The notes beneath the pieces were generated by a model. It saw nothing but the letters and a program-made list of their open reading frames with translations. It was not told the DNA's origin and did no database searches. A DNA stretch of 63,575 nucleotides, the filler included, from Hausera hauseri (Eukaryota), in the NCBI GenBank assembly GCA_046269625.1. It is 12 parts of 12 records of this genome, joined end to end, with 100 filler letters (N's around TTAATTAATTAA, not from the genome) between each part and the next. Parts side by side here need not be neighbours in the genome. Positions count along the whole stretch, not along the records: positions 59,443 to 63,575 come from JBJURY010741209.1; 11 more parts are not named here. One strand, 5' to 3'. Positions 62,612 to 63,575 of the stretch are shown piece after piece. Position 1 is the first letter of the stretch, and each line of letters starts with the position of its first letter. Made by a program: the position numbers and the translations under genes.

Positions 62612-63575
62612 TTATCCCATGTCGATAATGTTGGCATCAACATCTCCCTCCTTAGACAACGCTGTCCTCAGCGTGAGGGGATAAGTCTTTAATGTGCCAT
62701 TGGAAGCCTGATAATTGGCGGAATGAATGCTTAACCATAATTCTTTATCTTTGATTCTTTTTTTGAGGGTAACTGTTTCTGCTTTGTGATGTGACCTTTT
62801 TTGGGGTCTTTTTGTCAAGTCTACTATTGTAGGAATTGCCGAATTAGCACTAAATGGGATTGATATCGAAGATGAAGCTATTTGATCTGTTGTTTCATTA
62901 ATAGGTATTGGTTCTATTAGATCGACTGTTGCTGGTTCTTGGATTTCCATTGGCGAGAATGCCGGAAGTAGAGTATTTTCTGGTTCAATACGAAACTCAT
63001 TTATGAGACGATAGATTTTTAACACGACCTAGGCTTTTTCTTGTGTTCATAATTGTTAACTCCACCAGTGTTTGCTCCTTAGAACGAATCGGTTTCATTA
63101 AGTAAGCATTAATAAAGGCTAATATAATGATATCATCTCCTGTTATTGGCAGTCTGGCAAAGGATTGACCTTGTCGCAGCTGTAATTCTTCAGGCATTTT
63201 AATGGGATACTCAGGAGTTTTCTTGAACTCTATTTGGGGGAATATTTCCCTTCATATTACCTCTATGTAAATCGTAGGAGACAGTTTACCACTTTATCGC
63301 AATATTATGGCGACGTTCTTGTGAAAACGCTGGTCTAATCTGATTGTGGTAAATGGCGTGATCTCTAATGTATCAGTCATTCCATTTAGATGAGTTCTGC
63401 TCTTTAGCTGGAGTTTTTCCCTGACTACCGATATGTATACCGAAGTAGTCTTGTTAGATAAATCAATAAGATCAGATAATATGACTGAAGCAGTGGACAA
63501 TTGAATAATAAGTCCACTTCTTTGGGTTGTGAGATGGCCTTTCAGATTATTGGGGATGAAGGAGCATTCACCATA
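62612..63575 (-). pseudogene. Unidentified coding-like region in three collinear ORF pieces
   Basis: Consecutive minus-strand ORFs of 68, 66 and 137 aa separated by stops and a frameshift. No recognisable motif. Confidence 0.35.

Noticed and set aside
1-63575. tRNA, rRNA, CRISPR arrays or prokaryotic operons
   Set aside because: None was recognised. The content is eukaryotic, with spliceosomal introns and animal-type genes and transposons.

Overview
This is eukaryotic (metazoan-like) draft sequence, not one locus. Twelve contigs of about 4-8 kb are joined by 11 identical artificial 100-nt linkers (44N-TTAATTAATTAA-44N), so adjacency across a linker carries no biological meaning. Four contigs carry pieces of degraded Polinton/Maverick (adintovirus-like) endogenous viruses. 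These include a morphogenesis block (small GGF-ending protein, rve integrase with chromodomain, two tandem penton-like genes, a core-like protein and the start of the major capsid protein), a near-full-length pPolB with vOTU-like and EndoVII/HNH-like inserts next to DEDD-exonuclease-like and dUTPase genes, and further pPolB and integrase fragments. Other mobile DNA includes two related CHCC-Gag Ty3/Gypsy elements, further Gypsy/Gag remnants, and mariner, Tc1 and hAT-like relics. Host-type genes are an apparently intact partial SS18-like gene and damaged or rearranged PI4KA-, HECTD1-, FARP- and ANKRD28/44/52-like copies. An 8-kb (GA)n/(GACA)n tract generates many spurious ORFs. The most unusual items are the twin-penton Maverick with its accessory genes, a highly divergent TBP-like ORF sharing a 93-bp divergent promoter with a gene built from triplicated exon-intron units, and an intact orphan CCHC + TQT-repeat + coiled-coil ORF. 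All assignments come from motifs read by eye; no searches were run.
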